Assembly: GCA_032718475.1 (NCBI GenBank)
Contig: JAUCBJ010004319.1
Coordinates: forward strand, 1,276-65,275
From: Nemertoderma westbladi
Taxonomy: Eukaryota > Animalia > Xenacoelomorpha
Direction: 5' to 3'
Length of the DNA: 64,000 bases
In this document: in pieces, positions 22,501 to 34,500 of the stretch
Layout of the letters: each line of letters starts with the position of its first letter
Numbering within the stretch: the first letter of the stretch is position 1
Program-made: the position numbers and the translations under genes
Notes under the pieces: generated by a model
Databases searched by the model: none
The model's input: only the letters and a program-made list of their open reading frames with translations
Told to the model about the DNA's origin: nothing

Positions 22501-25500
22501 GTTAGGGGGTGGGTCAATTTATGCAAATAGTTGTCGTCGTCGTCGTCGTCGTCGTTGTCGTCGTCGTCGTTGTCGTCGTCGTCGTTGTCGTCGTCGTTAC
22601 GATTTTGACATGCTAATAACTTTGTCGGATTTAAAGCTGCCAAGTTGAAAATTTGTAGGTATCAATATGAGCAAAAGTTGAGATTTTTGAGAGACTTTCA
22701 GACACCATCAGTGCAATGGTCTCCCGCTAGAGGGCCACATGTCTAAACATTAAATGGCCACCCATTTCTTTGCTTTTAATCCGTTTAAGCTGAAACTTGG
22801 GAAGTATGTACTAGACCATTAGCTGTAAATTTCAAAGGAGGCTAATCTGTCTGCAGTTCTCCAGTCTGCCGCTAGAGGGCGAAATGTCCCGAATGTGAAA
22901 TTATTCTTCCATTTAGTTGTTTATGATCTGATTACGCTGAAACTTGTCATATATGTACTAGATGACATCCTGAGTCTTTGTGTGGATTGTAATCGGTCCG
23001 AAGTTTTCCAGTCTCACGCTAGAGGGCCACATGTCTAAACATTAAATGGCCACCCATTTCTTTGCTTTTAATCCGTTTAAGCTGAAACTTGGGAAGTATG
23101 TACTAGACCATTAGCTGTAAATTACAAAGGAGGCTAATCTGTCTGCAGTTCTCCAGTCTGCCGCTAGAGGGCGAAATGTCCCGAATGTGAAATTATTCTT
23201 CCATTTAGTTGTTTATGATCTGATTACGCTGAAACTTGTCATATATGTACTAGAAGACATCCTGAGTCTTTGTGTGGATTGTAATCGGTCCGAAGTTTTC
23301 CAGTCTCCCGCTAGAGGGCCACATGTCTAAACATTAAATGGCCACCCATTTCTTTGCTTTTAATCCGTTTAAGCTGAAACTTGGGAAGTATGTACTAGAC
23401 CATTAGCTGTAAATTTCAAAGGAGGCTAATCTGTCTGCAGTTCTCCAGTCTGCCGCTAGAGGGCGAAATGTCCCGAATGTGAAATTATTCTTCCATTTAG
23501 TTGTTTATGATCTGATTACGCTGAAACTTGTCATATATGTACTAGAAGACATCCTAAGTCTTTGTGTGGACAGTAATCGGTCCGGAGTTTTCGAGTCTGC
23601 CGCTAGAGGGCGAAATGTAGGAAAGTGTTAACCTTTGCGAATTCCTTGATCTTAATCTATTTAAGCTGAATTTTGGAATATACAGTACCGGTATGTACTA
23701 GACCACATGCCTCGTCTTTGTGAGGAAGGTGATCGATCCGTAGTTCTTTAATATGCCGCTAGAGGGCTAAATGTATGAAAGTGAAAACCTTCCAACATTT
23801 CGTTATTTATGATCCGTCAATCGGAAACTTGGTAGATATGTAATAGACCATAGGATGTGGCTTTGTAGGGAAACTAATCCTTCCTTCTTCAGTTACCCAG
23901 TCTCCCGCTAGAGGGTTAACGTTTTCCGGGAAAATCTTCTCCTATGTTTTTATAATCCTTTCGAGTTGATACTTAGCATTAACTCATTTCACGTGCTGCG
24001 CGAAGGCCCCACTTCGTGTAGTAAACTATACAATAAGATCTGGTTCCAGTGAGCCTGTCAATGATCGTATGTTACACAGGTCAAATATCAAAGATTTCAT
24101 GGTAATTTCGGTTCACATATGACAAAATATATGGCATTGGAGGAACAGGTTCCTCTGTTCCGATTTCACCAACACTTTGATGGGCTCATTTATGCCTCCA
24201 TATGTGTCTCTACCCAACGTTGTTTTGGATTTACTCCATTGGAAAAAAATTTTCGATTTTTCAAAAAATTTTCGAAAAAGAGCTACTTTTCGAAAATTTT
24301 CAAGCTTGGAGGAACGGGTAGCAATGAACCAAATGACTTTTTATTTTGGAATTTTTCATGTAGTACCCAGTGTACAGTTTTGGCAATGTTGTAACCCAAA
24401 ATGTCAAAAATGCACTTTTCACTCCACCCTACTCTACATACATATTGGATACACACGGCTAAGTATATAGGAAAATATTTAATTCATTTAGATTTATGGA
24501 TATCCTAATTAATTTTAGTTGATGATCAACAAATAGTGTTTTGATTATTAAGTTTAATATCATTTGTCTTCTTTTCAGCCATATTAGATAATTCATTTCA
24601 ATTAATTTATATAAATTAATATATTTTAACCAAGTTTAATTAATAATTTAAAATTATGTTTTGATTATATATATTTACTTTTTATATTTACATATACAAA
24701 CTGGCAGTTATTAGTTTGTAAATCTGTGTGTGATTCTGTGATAAACTGGCAGTTATTATTGCAAATCTGCGGTTCTATATCTGTGGTTCTGTGATAAACT
24801 GGCAGTCATTATTGTAAATCTGTGGTTCTGTGATAAACTGGCAGTCATTATTGTAAATCTGTGGTTCTGTGATAAACTGGCAGTCATTATTGTAAATCTG
24901 TGGTTCTGTGATAAACTGGCAGTCATTATTGTAAATCTGTGGTTCTGTGATAATTCTGTGATAAACTGGCAGTCATTATTGTAAATTAGTTATATCATAT
25001 CACGCCTCTGTAATTCAGAAATAACGGCATTACCAGTTGAATTACACAACTTAGGGTTCTTTGTATGTACCGGTATAGTAAAAACCGGCAATTGTGAAAA
25101 TACAACCGCCATTTTTACATTTCATACAAACCGCCGGTTTGAAAACTACATACGTGTTTATTAACAAGAACCGACAGTTTGAATATAAGACCACCATTTT
25201 TACATTTCATAAAAACCGCCGGTTTGAAAACTACATACATGTTTATTAACAAGAACCGACAGTTTGAATATAAATCCACCATTTTTACATTTCATAAAAA
25301 CCGCCGGTTTGAAAACTACATACGTGTTTATTAGCAAGAACCGACAGTTTGAATATAAGACCACCATTTTTACATTTCATAAAAACCGCCGGTTTGAAAA
25401 CTACATACGTGTTTATTAGCAAGAACCGACAGTTTGAATATAAGACCACCATTTTTACATTTCATAAAAACCGCCGGTTTGACGTGTTTATTAACAAGAA

Positions 25501-28500
25501 CCGACAGTTTGAATATAAGACCACCATTTTTACATTTCATAAAAACCGCCGGTTTGACGTGTTTATTAACAAGAACCGACAGTTTGAATATAAGTCCACC
25601 GTTTTTACATTTCATAAAAACCGCCGGTTTGACGTGTTTATTAACAAGAACCGACAGTTTGAATATAAATCCACCATTTTTACATTTCATAAAAACCGCC
25701 GGTTTGAAAACTACATACGTGTTTATTAGCAAGAACCGACAGTTTGAATATAAGACCACCATTTTTACATTTCATAAAAACCGCCGGTTTGAAAACTACA
25801 TACGTGTTTATTAACAAGAACCGACAGTTTGAATATAAGACCACCATTTTTACATTTCATAAAAACCGCCGGTTTGAAAACTACATACGTGTTTATTAAC
25901 AAGAACCGACAGTTTGAATATAAGACCACCATTTTTACATTTCATAAAAACCGCCGGTTTGACGTGTTTATTAACAAGAACCGACAGTTTGAATATAAGA
26001 CCACCATTTTTACATTTCATAAAAACCGCCGGTTTGACGTGTTTATTAACAAGAACCGACAGTTTGAATATAAGACCACCATTTTTACATTTCATAAAAA
26101 CCGCCGGTTTGACGTGTTTATTAACAAGAACCGACAGTTTGAATATAAGTCCACCGTTTTTACATTTCATAAAAACCGCCGGTTTGACGTGTTTATTAAC
26201 AAGAACCGACAGTTTGAATATAAGACCACCATTCTTACATTTCATAAAAACCGCCGGTTTGAAAACTACATACGTGTTTATTAACAAGAACCGACAGTTT
26301 GAATATAAGACCACCATTTTTACATTTCATAAAAACCGCCGGTTTGAAAACTACATACGTGTTTATTAACAAGAACCGACAGTTTGAATATAAGACCACC
26401 ATTTTTACATTTCATAAAAACTGCCGGTTTGACGTGTTTATTAACAAGAACCGACAGTTTGAATATAAGACCACCATTTTTACATTTCATAAAAACCGCC
26501 GGTTTGACGTGTTTATTAACAAGAACCGACAGTTTGAATATAAGTCCACCGTTTTTACATTTCATAAAAACCGCCGGTTTGACGTGTTTATTAACAAGAA
26601 CCGACAGTTTGAATATAAGACCACCATTTTTACATTTCATAAAAACCGCCGGTTTGAAAACTACATACGTGTTTATTAACAAGAACCGACAGTTTGAATA
26701 TAAGACCACCATTTTTACATTTCATAAAAACCGCCGGTTTGACGTGTTTATTAACAAGAACCGACAGTTTGAATATAAGACCACCATTTTTACATTTCAT
26801 AAAAACCGCCGGTTTGACGTGTTTATTAACAAGAACCGACAGTTTGAATATAAGTCCACCATTTTTACATTTCATAAAAACCGCCGGTTTGACGTGTTTA
26901 TTAACAAGAACCGACAGTTTGAATATAAGACCACCGTTTTTACATTTCATAAAAACCGCCGGTTTGAAAACTACATACGTGATTATTAACAAGAACCAAC
27001 AGTTTGAAAATAAAACCGCCATTTTTACATTTCATAAAAACCGCCGGTTTGAAAATTATATGTTTTCATCAATAAGAACCGCCAGTTTGAAAATTTAATA
27101 ACCACCTTTTTAATACAACCGTCACTTTCTATGCAAAATTCCGCAATGACTACAGGTTTCGTTTCAGGTAATATAACCAATATATCTTAAACCGCCGGTT
27201 TAATATCGTAACCGGAGGTTACTACCAGCCATTTTTGTATGATCCATACTAACCCCCGGTTTACAAATCACTACCGCAAGTACCTATCCATAACCAATGG
27301 TTAAAAAATCGACCGGCACTTACTTTTTTCAGTGTAGATCACATGGACTGTTTTTGTCACGTCTGTTTGTTGTCTCACCTAACCCACTTCATTTTGTCCC
27401 TCAATAATCCCCTCTGTGTTTCACACAATCATTGACTAAACCACTAATATATATTTGTTCATTTACCGGTATAGCACATCTGCTTGATGAGTCTGCTTTA
27501 TTGGGTTTATGATTACAGCTTTGCAAGATGCTTCATGTAGGGCACCAAATCTCTGGATGGCACATTCACAAGAATGCTACGCCGGGTTCATTGTGTCAAG
27601 TACAATGCACACATCTCCAACCAGACACTATATAACATTGGAGGTGTCTCATTGGTTCCTCCAAGCTTGACACTAGAACAAAATCGCCTCCGCTTTGCAG
27701 GACATTGCTTTCGCCGTGAGGACCAGCCAGTGCATAATCTTGTACTTTGGCAGCCTCAGGGAGTGAATAAGCATGGTGGACAGCCCATGACTTTCTTGAG
27801 ACGCATCTTAAAGGACACTGGCCTTGAAGATGCGGATGATCTAGCAAATGTCATGGATGATAGGGAGTTGTGGCGGCGCAATTTTGTCGACAAGCCGGCA
27901 CAGCATTCTTAAAAATGCAGCTGCAGTGCAGCATGCCGATCCTAGTAGTAGTATGTAGTGAAGTACCTGGTGTAGAGTAACATTACCAGCTAAACTCATA
28001 TTCATTTGTATAAAGACAATTTGCGTCCAGTACCATACTCTACTAAATGAATTACCTACACTATTAAATGAAATATTGGATGAAAATAAAAATGTCCTAC
28101 ATGTTTATTTTATGTGAGACGTACACTATTTAAGAACGTAACCGCTAACGTACTACCCGTAACCTGTACAGTACTTGTGAAATACCTTACGACCTCTCGT
28201 TGCGCTCGGTTCTTAGTTTTACACCTGTTTGCCAATATATAGCTCAAAAGTCTCCGTAAAGTCCACTTTGCCGAACCGGGTGAATACTTTACGTCTAGTC
28301 GACAAACTTTGAAAGTCAACGACACAGCTTACATATTCATATTGTTCGTAATAGAGATTGATAACATCTCTGGGTTTTAGTGCAGTCTGAGTAATGTTTA
28401 CACACGTTTTGCAATTAATTTTATGATGTTCTGGAATACTTGTGTTTGTTATAAAGTGGATATATTTTGCTATTCATAACATATAAATTAAATTGTATGT

Positions 28501-31500
28501 ATATAATGTTCATATCTTCAACTCGGAATTACTTTACAACAGTACCACTTTATCTTCCGTTCTCATCCCTTAATAATACAAATGTGTGGGTGGGTCTTAC
28601 AAAGTGAAAAGAGTAATATCAATAATAAGAGATGGAGAGAAGGCTATGGTTATAGATAATATTATATTGTGCTATATTTTGCCGGACACCATGTTTTCTA
28701 TTGCATTTCCCTGTGACACATATGGCTCATTGCCTTTTCTCTAAAGTCTGAATCGATTCCATAGCCAATATTTGGCGGCTACCCATTAGTATTTATTTAT
28801 TGTCTCTGGTGTGTCTGAACCATATGGTTCCATGGTAGGGTTCGTAATGTAATCCAGATATGATAATATATTCCCCATTACGCTATTGTTATGACAAAAT
28901 GGTAAAGTCATTCATGATTACTCCATATGTGCCATATTTTATTATTATTAGCTTTTATTGGCTCTAAATGGAGACAACCCTTGTTATAGTTGAACTTATT
29001 GCTATGGAATATTGCAGGCCAATTCTATTTCCATTTGTATTCAATACCAGTGTGGATGTGGGTTACGTCTCAAGTTCTTGCTAGCTTATTGCGTTCGTAC
29101 TGCAACTGGATTGCCAACTTATGTTGAGTCTGAATCTGAAACAAATGAATTACTCATCAGCTTATTTTATAATGTTTGTTTCCTAGTTTATAGTTACACT
29201 AACTGTATTAGAGATGTTATCTGTATAGCGATAACTATTGCTCCTCTCTAAGCAATGAACAATAAATAGACTATGATACGTGTTGCTCTATATAACAGGG
29301 GATGTGCACGCACACGTCTTGTGGGGTGCACGTGATGTGAGTTGGGGGGAGGGGGCAGTTGTTTTTATGCCCTGTATTTTTTTACTTAAATGACATGTAT
29401 AACACGAGTGGGGCCTTCGTGCAGCAAAAGCTACAAGCCATATTGCGAATAATTTTAATTATACTATAGCTAGTTATATATTCTTGACTTCCGACAATTA
29501 TGGCTTCCGAGACACACACACAATAACAGACTTTTGGAAAACGGCTAAAAGGTAAACAAAAGAGTCTTATACCCCACAAACTACAAAACAATATAGAATC
29601 AGGATATTCAGCCTAAAATAAATAGTACTCAGCCCGTAGGGCCATCAAAGGACACAATCAAAACAAACAAAACAAAAACAAATATAATAACATGCTCAGC
29701 ATACAGGTATGTATCGCAAGTCGCAACCCGAATCCTAACCGCTATACACGTTCGTGGGCCCTTCGCGCAGCACGAGGCCCAGTTATCAGATACCGATTAA
29801 AATTAAGCAATTCTATCACAAAAATCGGTATTTAAGAAATTTAACAAAACCGCCAAAAAATCAAAGAAGAGAGAAAAGTTCGCCCCCCTCCTAATCTGCA
29901 ACACCCAGGCGCACAGAGGATTAATGAAAGGCAGAGGTATCAACAGGAAATTTTGAATTTTAGGCATAGAGGCGACCTAATTTGTAAGAAATATTAATAC
30001 TTACCTTATGCCGATAGTATTGATACTGAAATATTGATTTATCACGTCACACCTCAACGAAATTATTTAGCTAATTATTATATTACCAATCACGATTAAA
30101 ATACTTTACTTAGCCAATCATTTTGCGAGATAAATAATAAGCAAGCTGGCTAATGGTAGTCTGGCACCTTACACTAGTGCCTATGTCCTATGCTATAGAT
30201 GTAATTACCCATTGCCAAGTAGTGCTGAGGTGGTTGGACTTGTTCCCAGCGCCAGCAGATAGGCTAGGCAATAGCAAGCATGCCAAGGAATGACGGAGCT
30301 GGAAGTATAGAGTGACGAAATGCATTTTGATGAATTAATTACGTTTAGATCAATTAAAGACACATTTCTTAAAGCAAATCATTTCAACTAATTAAAAACT
30401 ATAATGGAATTGGGTATGGAGATTACAGCTGTATAATTTTTAAGTATAATTTTTTATATCTTATACTATAAAATAATTAATTTCCATTAATTTTGACGCA
30501 GCAAACATACCTGTATGTTGAGCATGTTATTATATATATTTGTTTGTTGTTTTTTGTTTTGTTTGTTTTGATTGTGTCCTTTGATAGCCATACTGAGTAC
30601 TATTTTGAGATTAATAATGTCCTGATTCTATATTTTTTTATAGTTTTTTGGGTGTAAGACTCTTGTGTTTGTTAACCTTTTAGTTAATATACAGTATATA
30701 TAACAAGCCCCCGTTAGTCAGTATGTCGTTACCCTATAATTATCATAGTATAATTATAACAGTTTGCTGATGGCTCGCAGTTTTAGCTCGCCCCACATAT
30801 AAGTCTCTGCCCTGTTTCAAAAAGCAAACAGTCGGCCGAAGCCGGAGGCGACCCGAAGGCTCCTCTTTCGATAGCTGCTACCCGAGGGTAGGGGTGGGCG
30901 CTACTCCTATCCCAAGATTTGCTCCCAGTTATTATTTAACTGGTACTCATTTTATCGACCCCAGTGGATGAAAGGCTGAGTGGACCCTGGCGGGGCTGAA
31001 CCTACAACCAATAGATTGCAGGCCCGGCGCTCAACCAACTGAGCTACACCTGCCCTGTTTAATTATTTGGAATATCAGATTGCTGCTTGACTGTCAGACT
31101 GTTGCTTATTTCCTTGTTGGGTTTGTGCTGTGTGTGGTACCGGTAGGTGTAACTTGCTTGTATTCAGTATTTGCGATCTCAACTCGAATTATAAAACTAG
31201 CATCGAACTTAGTCACAATCTAGGAAAGGTTGCGGAATTGTGGGCATTAATACCCCCAAGGTTTCAATTCATGTCAGTATTAGGTTCAACTGTAAAAAAA
31301 AATACAGATCATTATAACTAATAATAATATTATTAAGGATATTAAAGCTATTATAGACTACCACAACAGGGCAAGTAAAAATATTTAAAAAAATACAGTG
31401 GCATAAAAAGTATTTATAAAAGTTAAATTTAATTTAGTTTAAGTTTAATTTAGTTAAGTTTAATTTTAAAAGGTTTTTATATATGTATAGGTGGTTGGTA

Positions 31501-34500
31501 TTTTATGGTTGTAGTATTGAAGGTGTTTCCAGATCCTAAGTTGTTTGGTATTAAATTTCCATTTATCTCACTTTTGTTGCCTTGATGTTCAACTTATTTT
31601 TTTACCCTTTTCCCCTTGATGGATTTGTACAAAACAATTTACTCGCTGGCCCACATGAGTCGCATTTATGCTTGTCTAAATTCACGTCATTTCGCACCGG
31701 CGGCAAAACAGACCCAATTACGAATGTTTGGTCGTCATTTTTCAGAACTTATGGGTGGAATCTAGTATGTCTGTCTGTCTTAGATTTTAACGGATAGTCC
31801 GGCAGAGGAGCAAAAAGCGTTAACTCGAGAAATCTTGCTAAGGCGTTTTCAGATCTGTTTTGCTCATTAAATTATTTATAAAACCCTAACAAATATAATC
31901 CAGGTTCTCAGATTTAACATTGCGTTAGTTAGCATTACCAATTTTAATTTATTTATGAATAAGTAACAGGTAAGGCGAACATTAATTTTACTTTTAGCTT
32001 AGTGCAGTGGTCGAAGTGATACCAACACCATGGCAACGATATAGTCTTCCTATTAACTATGGGTTTGGAGACATAACCCCTTGTATTCTCTCAGACGCTG
32101 AAACTGATGAGGTTGGCTTGTCAAACACCTTCTGTCTGTGATGGCTTTCATTTTTGACCTGCTTCGCTCTGCTTACATTAAATTGCTTTCATTTTTGGAA
32201 GTGCTCTAGAATGTCTCCCATTAATTTGGCAGCATATTTCAACTTCCTTTCACCCCCCTTGACACTCAATACCCCGCAATAACTTTCGTTTTTCACACTT
32301 GTGTCCACGGGAAAGTTTCAGTTTAAATGTTATATTTTAAGTATTTAATTATTAACTTATACTTTATTTTATTTTCTAAAACTGAAGTTCGATATAGTTG
32401 TTGCTTTTTTATGTTAACCATAATCAACATTATTAGTGTTAGCTTAATGCGTTAATTATGTTGTTGAATTGCCAGATTGAGAGAGAATGCTTCTTTGTTG
32501 TAACTAATATAGCAACGTATTGCACGTGTGTGCTATTGATTTTTTATTAGTGTCCGCTCCACTCCACATTGTCTGATTGGAATTCCTGCACTATTTTATT
32601 TTCCCGACATGGCCATTATTTTAGTGTTTAATGTTTATTCAATTTTGTTTTAAATATTTTATTAATTTCTTGTGAGGCATGATTGATAGGGTGGGGGGGG
32701 GGGGGGGGGGGGGGTATTTGACACAAATTTCATCTGGGCAAATCAAATATGATAATTATCCATATGGGAAAGGAACAGGTTACTGTTAAATTTTTTTTAT
32801 AATCACCTGGCTGCCTCGCATTTATTTTCCTGGGTAATTGAATGTTTAACTGCGTCGCCCCCCCGCCCCCCTCCCCCCCCCCCTCCCCCACCTTTATGTT
32901 AAACTTTGCAACTGCATCGTTGTGGTAGTTTAGTTACTAACTCGTGAATTGTATCAAAGACCCACTCATCGGTTGTGTTTCTGTTCGCATTAAAGTACTT
33001 TATTTGCTTTCCATATAGCTATTATAGCAGCTGCCACATTCATTATCGTATGCTATCAATCTTAGCTTATACCGAAAATATTGATGTTAACAATTTAGCT
33101 TTAATTGAACTAACTGCGTTCTACTAGTTTACTGAGTACAACCACATACTGTGGCAACCATGATAGTGAGTGAGTCTTACTTAATAAATAATTCCTCGAC
33201 CATGTCACTGTTCTTAGAAGCATTATTACAATGATATGTGACTCAGACCAAACCAAATGACCTTATAGAAGATAAGCTTTGGTGGATTGAATAATCACAC
33301 GTTGGCCGAAATATCGCAACGACTTGGTTTATTTTATTAGCCTCACTTCTTACCTCAATAGATATAATTGCAATAAAGTTCCAGTCCAAAACTCTGGCGA
33401 ATATTTATTAAACTGATATTTGTTGTAACAACACCTAATAAATTGATATCATATTATCGCCGCCTATGGTATGCATTAGTGTTAGCGAAACCTATTACAC
33501 CATCGTCATACCTACAGGCATCATAAACCAAAATATTGAAAAGTATGATACAATTTTACAGAGATACAGCTGCAACATAGATAGCTCTCCTCCCCACACT
33601 CTTGTAAGCCGAGGTACTAAGTATTATTATGCAACGATATATAACGCCACCTTGTGTTTCATGTATGCATTTGTTACTGATTAGGCTGTTTCGCTGACTC
33701 CCCGCGCCTTCCGAACCAACCAATCCCTCTGCGGTCTCAACAACCGTCGAGATTCAATCCGAATCCACCCAACGATGTCCGAGATAGACACCCAGACCAA
33801 CACAACTGACTGCCCTCTACCCACCCCCGAGGAAGTAATACGTAGACAGGCTGCTCCCTCCAAGGTTAGTTCCAATACCCTCATTATCGTTTTTTTCTTT
33901 CTATGTTGTTATATATATTTTTTTTATGTCACGTATTTCCTCATTTAACTTTATAATTTATTACTTTATCAGCTTGTAGAGATCGATATTTCCGGGCAGC
34001 CGTTCCAACGTTTACATTCGTATCGCCGGTCGCTTACCTTCGTGCCGGGGTCAATGACCGCGGCGAATCCCGTCAGTCGTCGCCGACGCCGTCGTCTCAG
34101 ACCCGAAGCCGTCGCTTTGGCAACCCCGGAGTCGGGGCTTAGCAGCTCCGTGGAGAGCGAGATCCATTCCGTTACCTCCGGTGAGTCTGTATTTTTATTT
34201 ACTTTTGCTTTTATGTAATTTAGTTTTAGTATCAGGTTCTAATAAATAGTTAACTGTTGCATTGAGTACACATCGCCATCGAGGTCGTGGGTTCGATCCC
34301 TGCATTTGCCCCGACTACCTTAGAATTTGGGACCAATGTGGTTTTCCTATGGGGGAGTATAAATAGTTCTTGGGAGGCCGCACCGAACCAAATAGTCACA
34401 CTTTGTGTAATTAATCCCTGGCATAACGGCAGAAAAAAACTTTAATTTTAACTATAACGCCGGTTGTGATTGGCTAATATTGATTTGTGGACAAAAATAT

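Larger units (their letters stand above)
19493..24431 (-). mobile_element. hAT superfamily (hATm-type) DNA transposon, full length
   Basis: ~300-bp imperfect TIRs starting TAGGGTGGAGTGAAAA (19493-19790 / 24135-24431), perfect 8-bp TSD CTCTACAT, and a transposase ORF. Confidence 0.93.
18734..27334. mobile_element. Non-autonomous CMC/EnSpm(CACTA)-like DNA transposon carrying satellite arrays and a nested hATm
   Basis: 18-bp perfect TIR CACTGAAAAAAGTAAGTG with TA on both sides, and dense AAACCGCCGGTTT/AACTGGCAG subterminal motifs on both sides of the nested element. Confidence 0.8.

Noticed and set aside
22421-22648. Protamine-like Arg-rich ORF
   Set aside because: It is the (GTC)n microsatellite of the HINE-like element.
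25349-27098. Repetitive 126-201 aa ORFs on both strands
   Set aside because: Translations of the 75/85-bp satellite.
30985-31055. tRNA gene (also 14938-15020)
   Set aside because: The acceptor stem is incomplete, the B box is degenerate or the spacing atypical, and the sequence continues into a SINE body.
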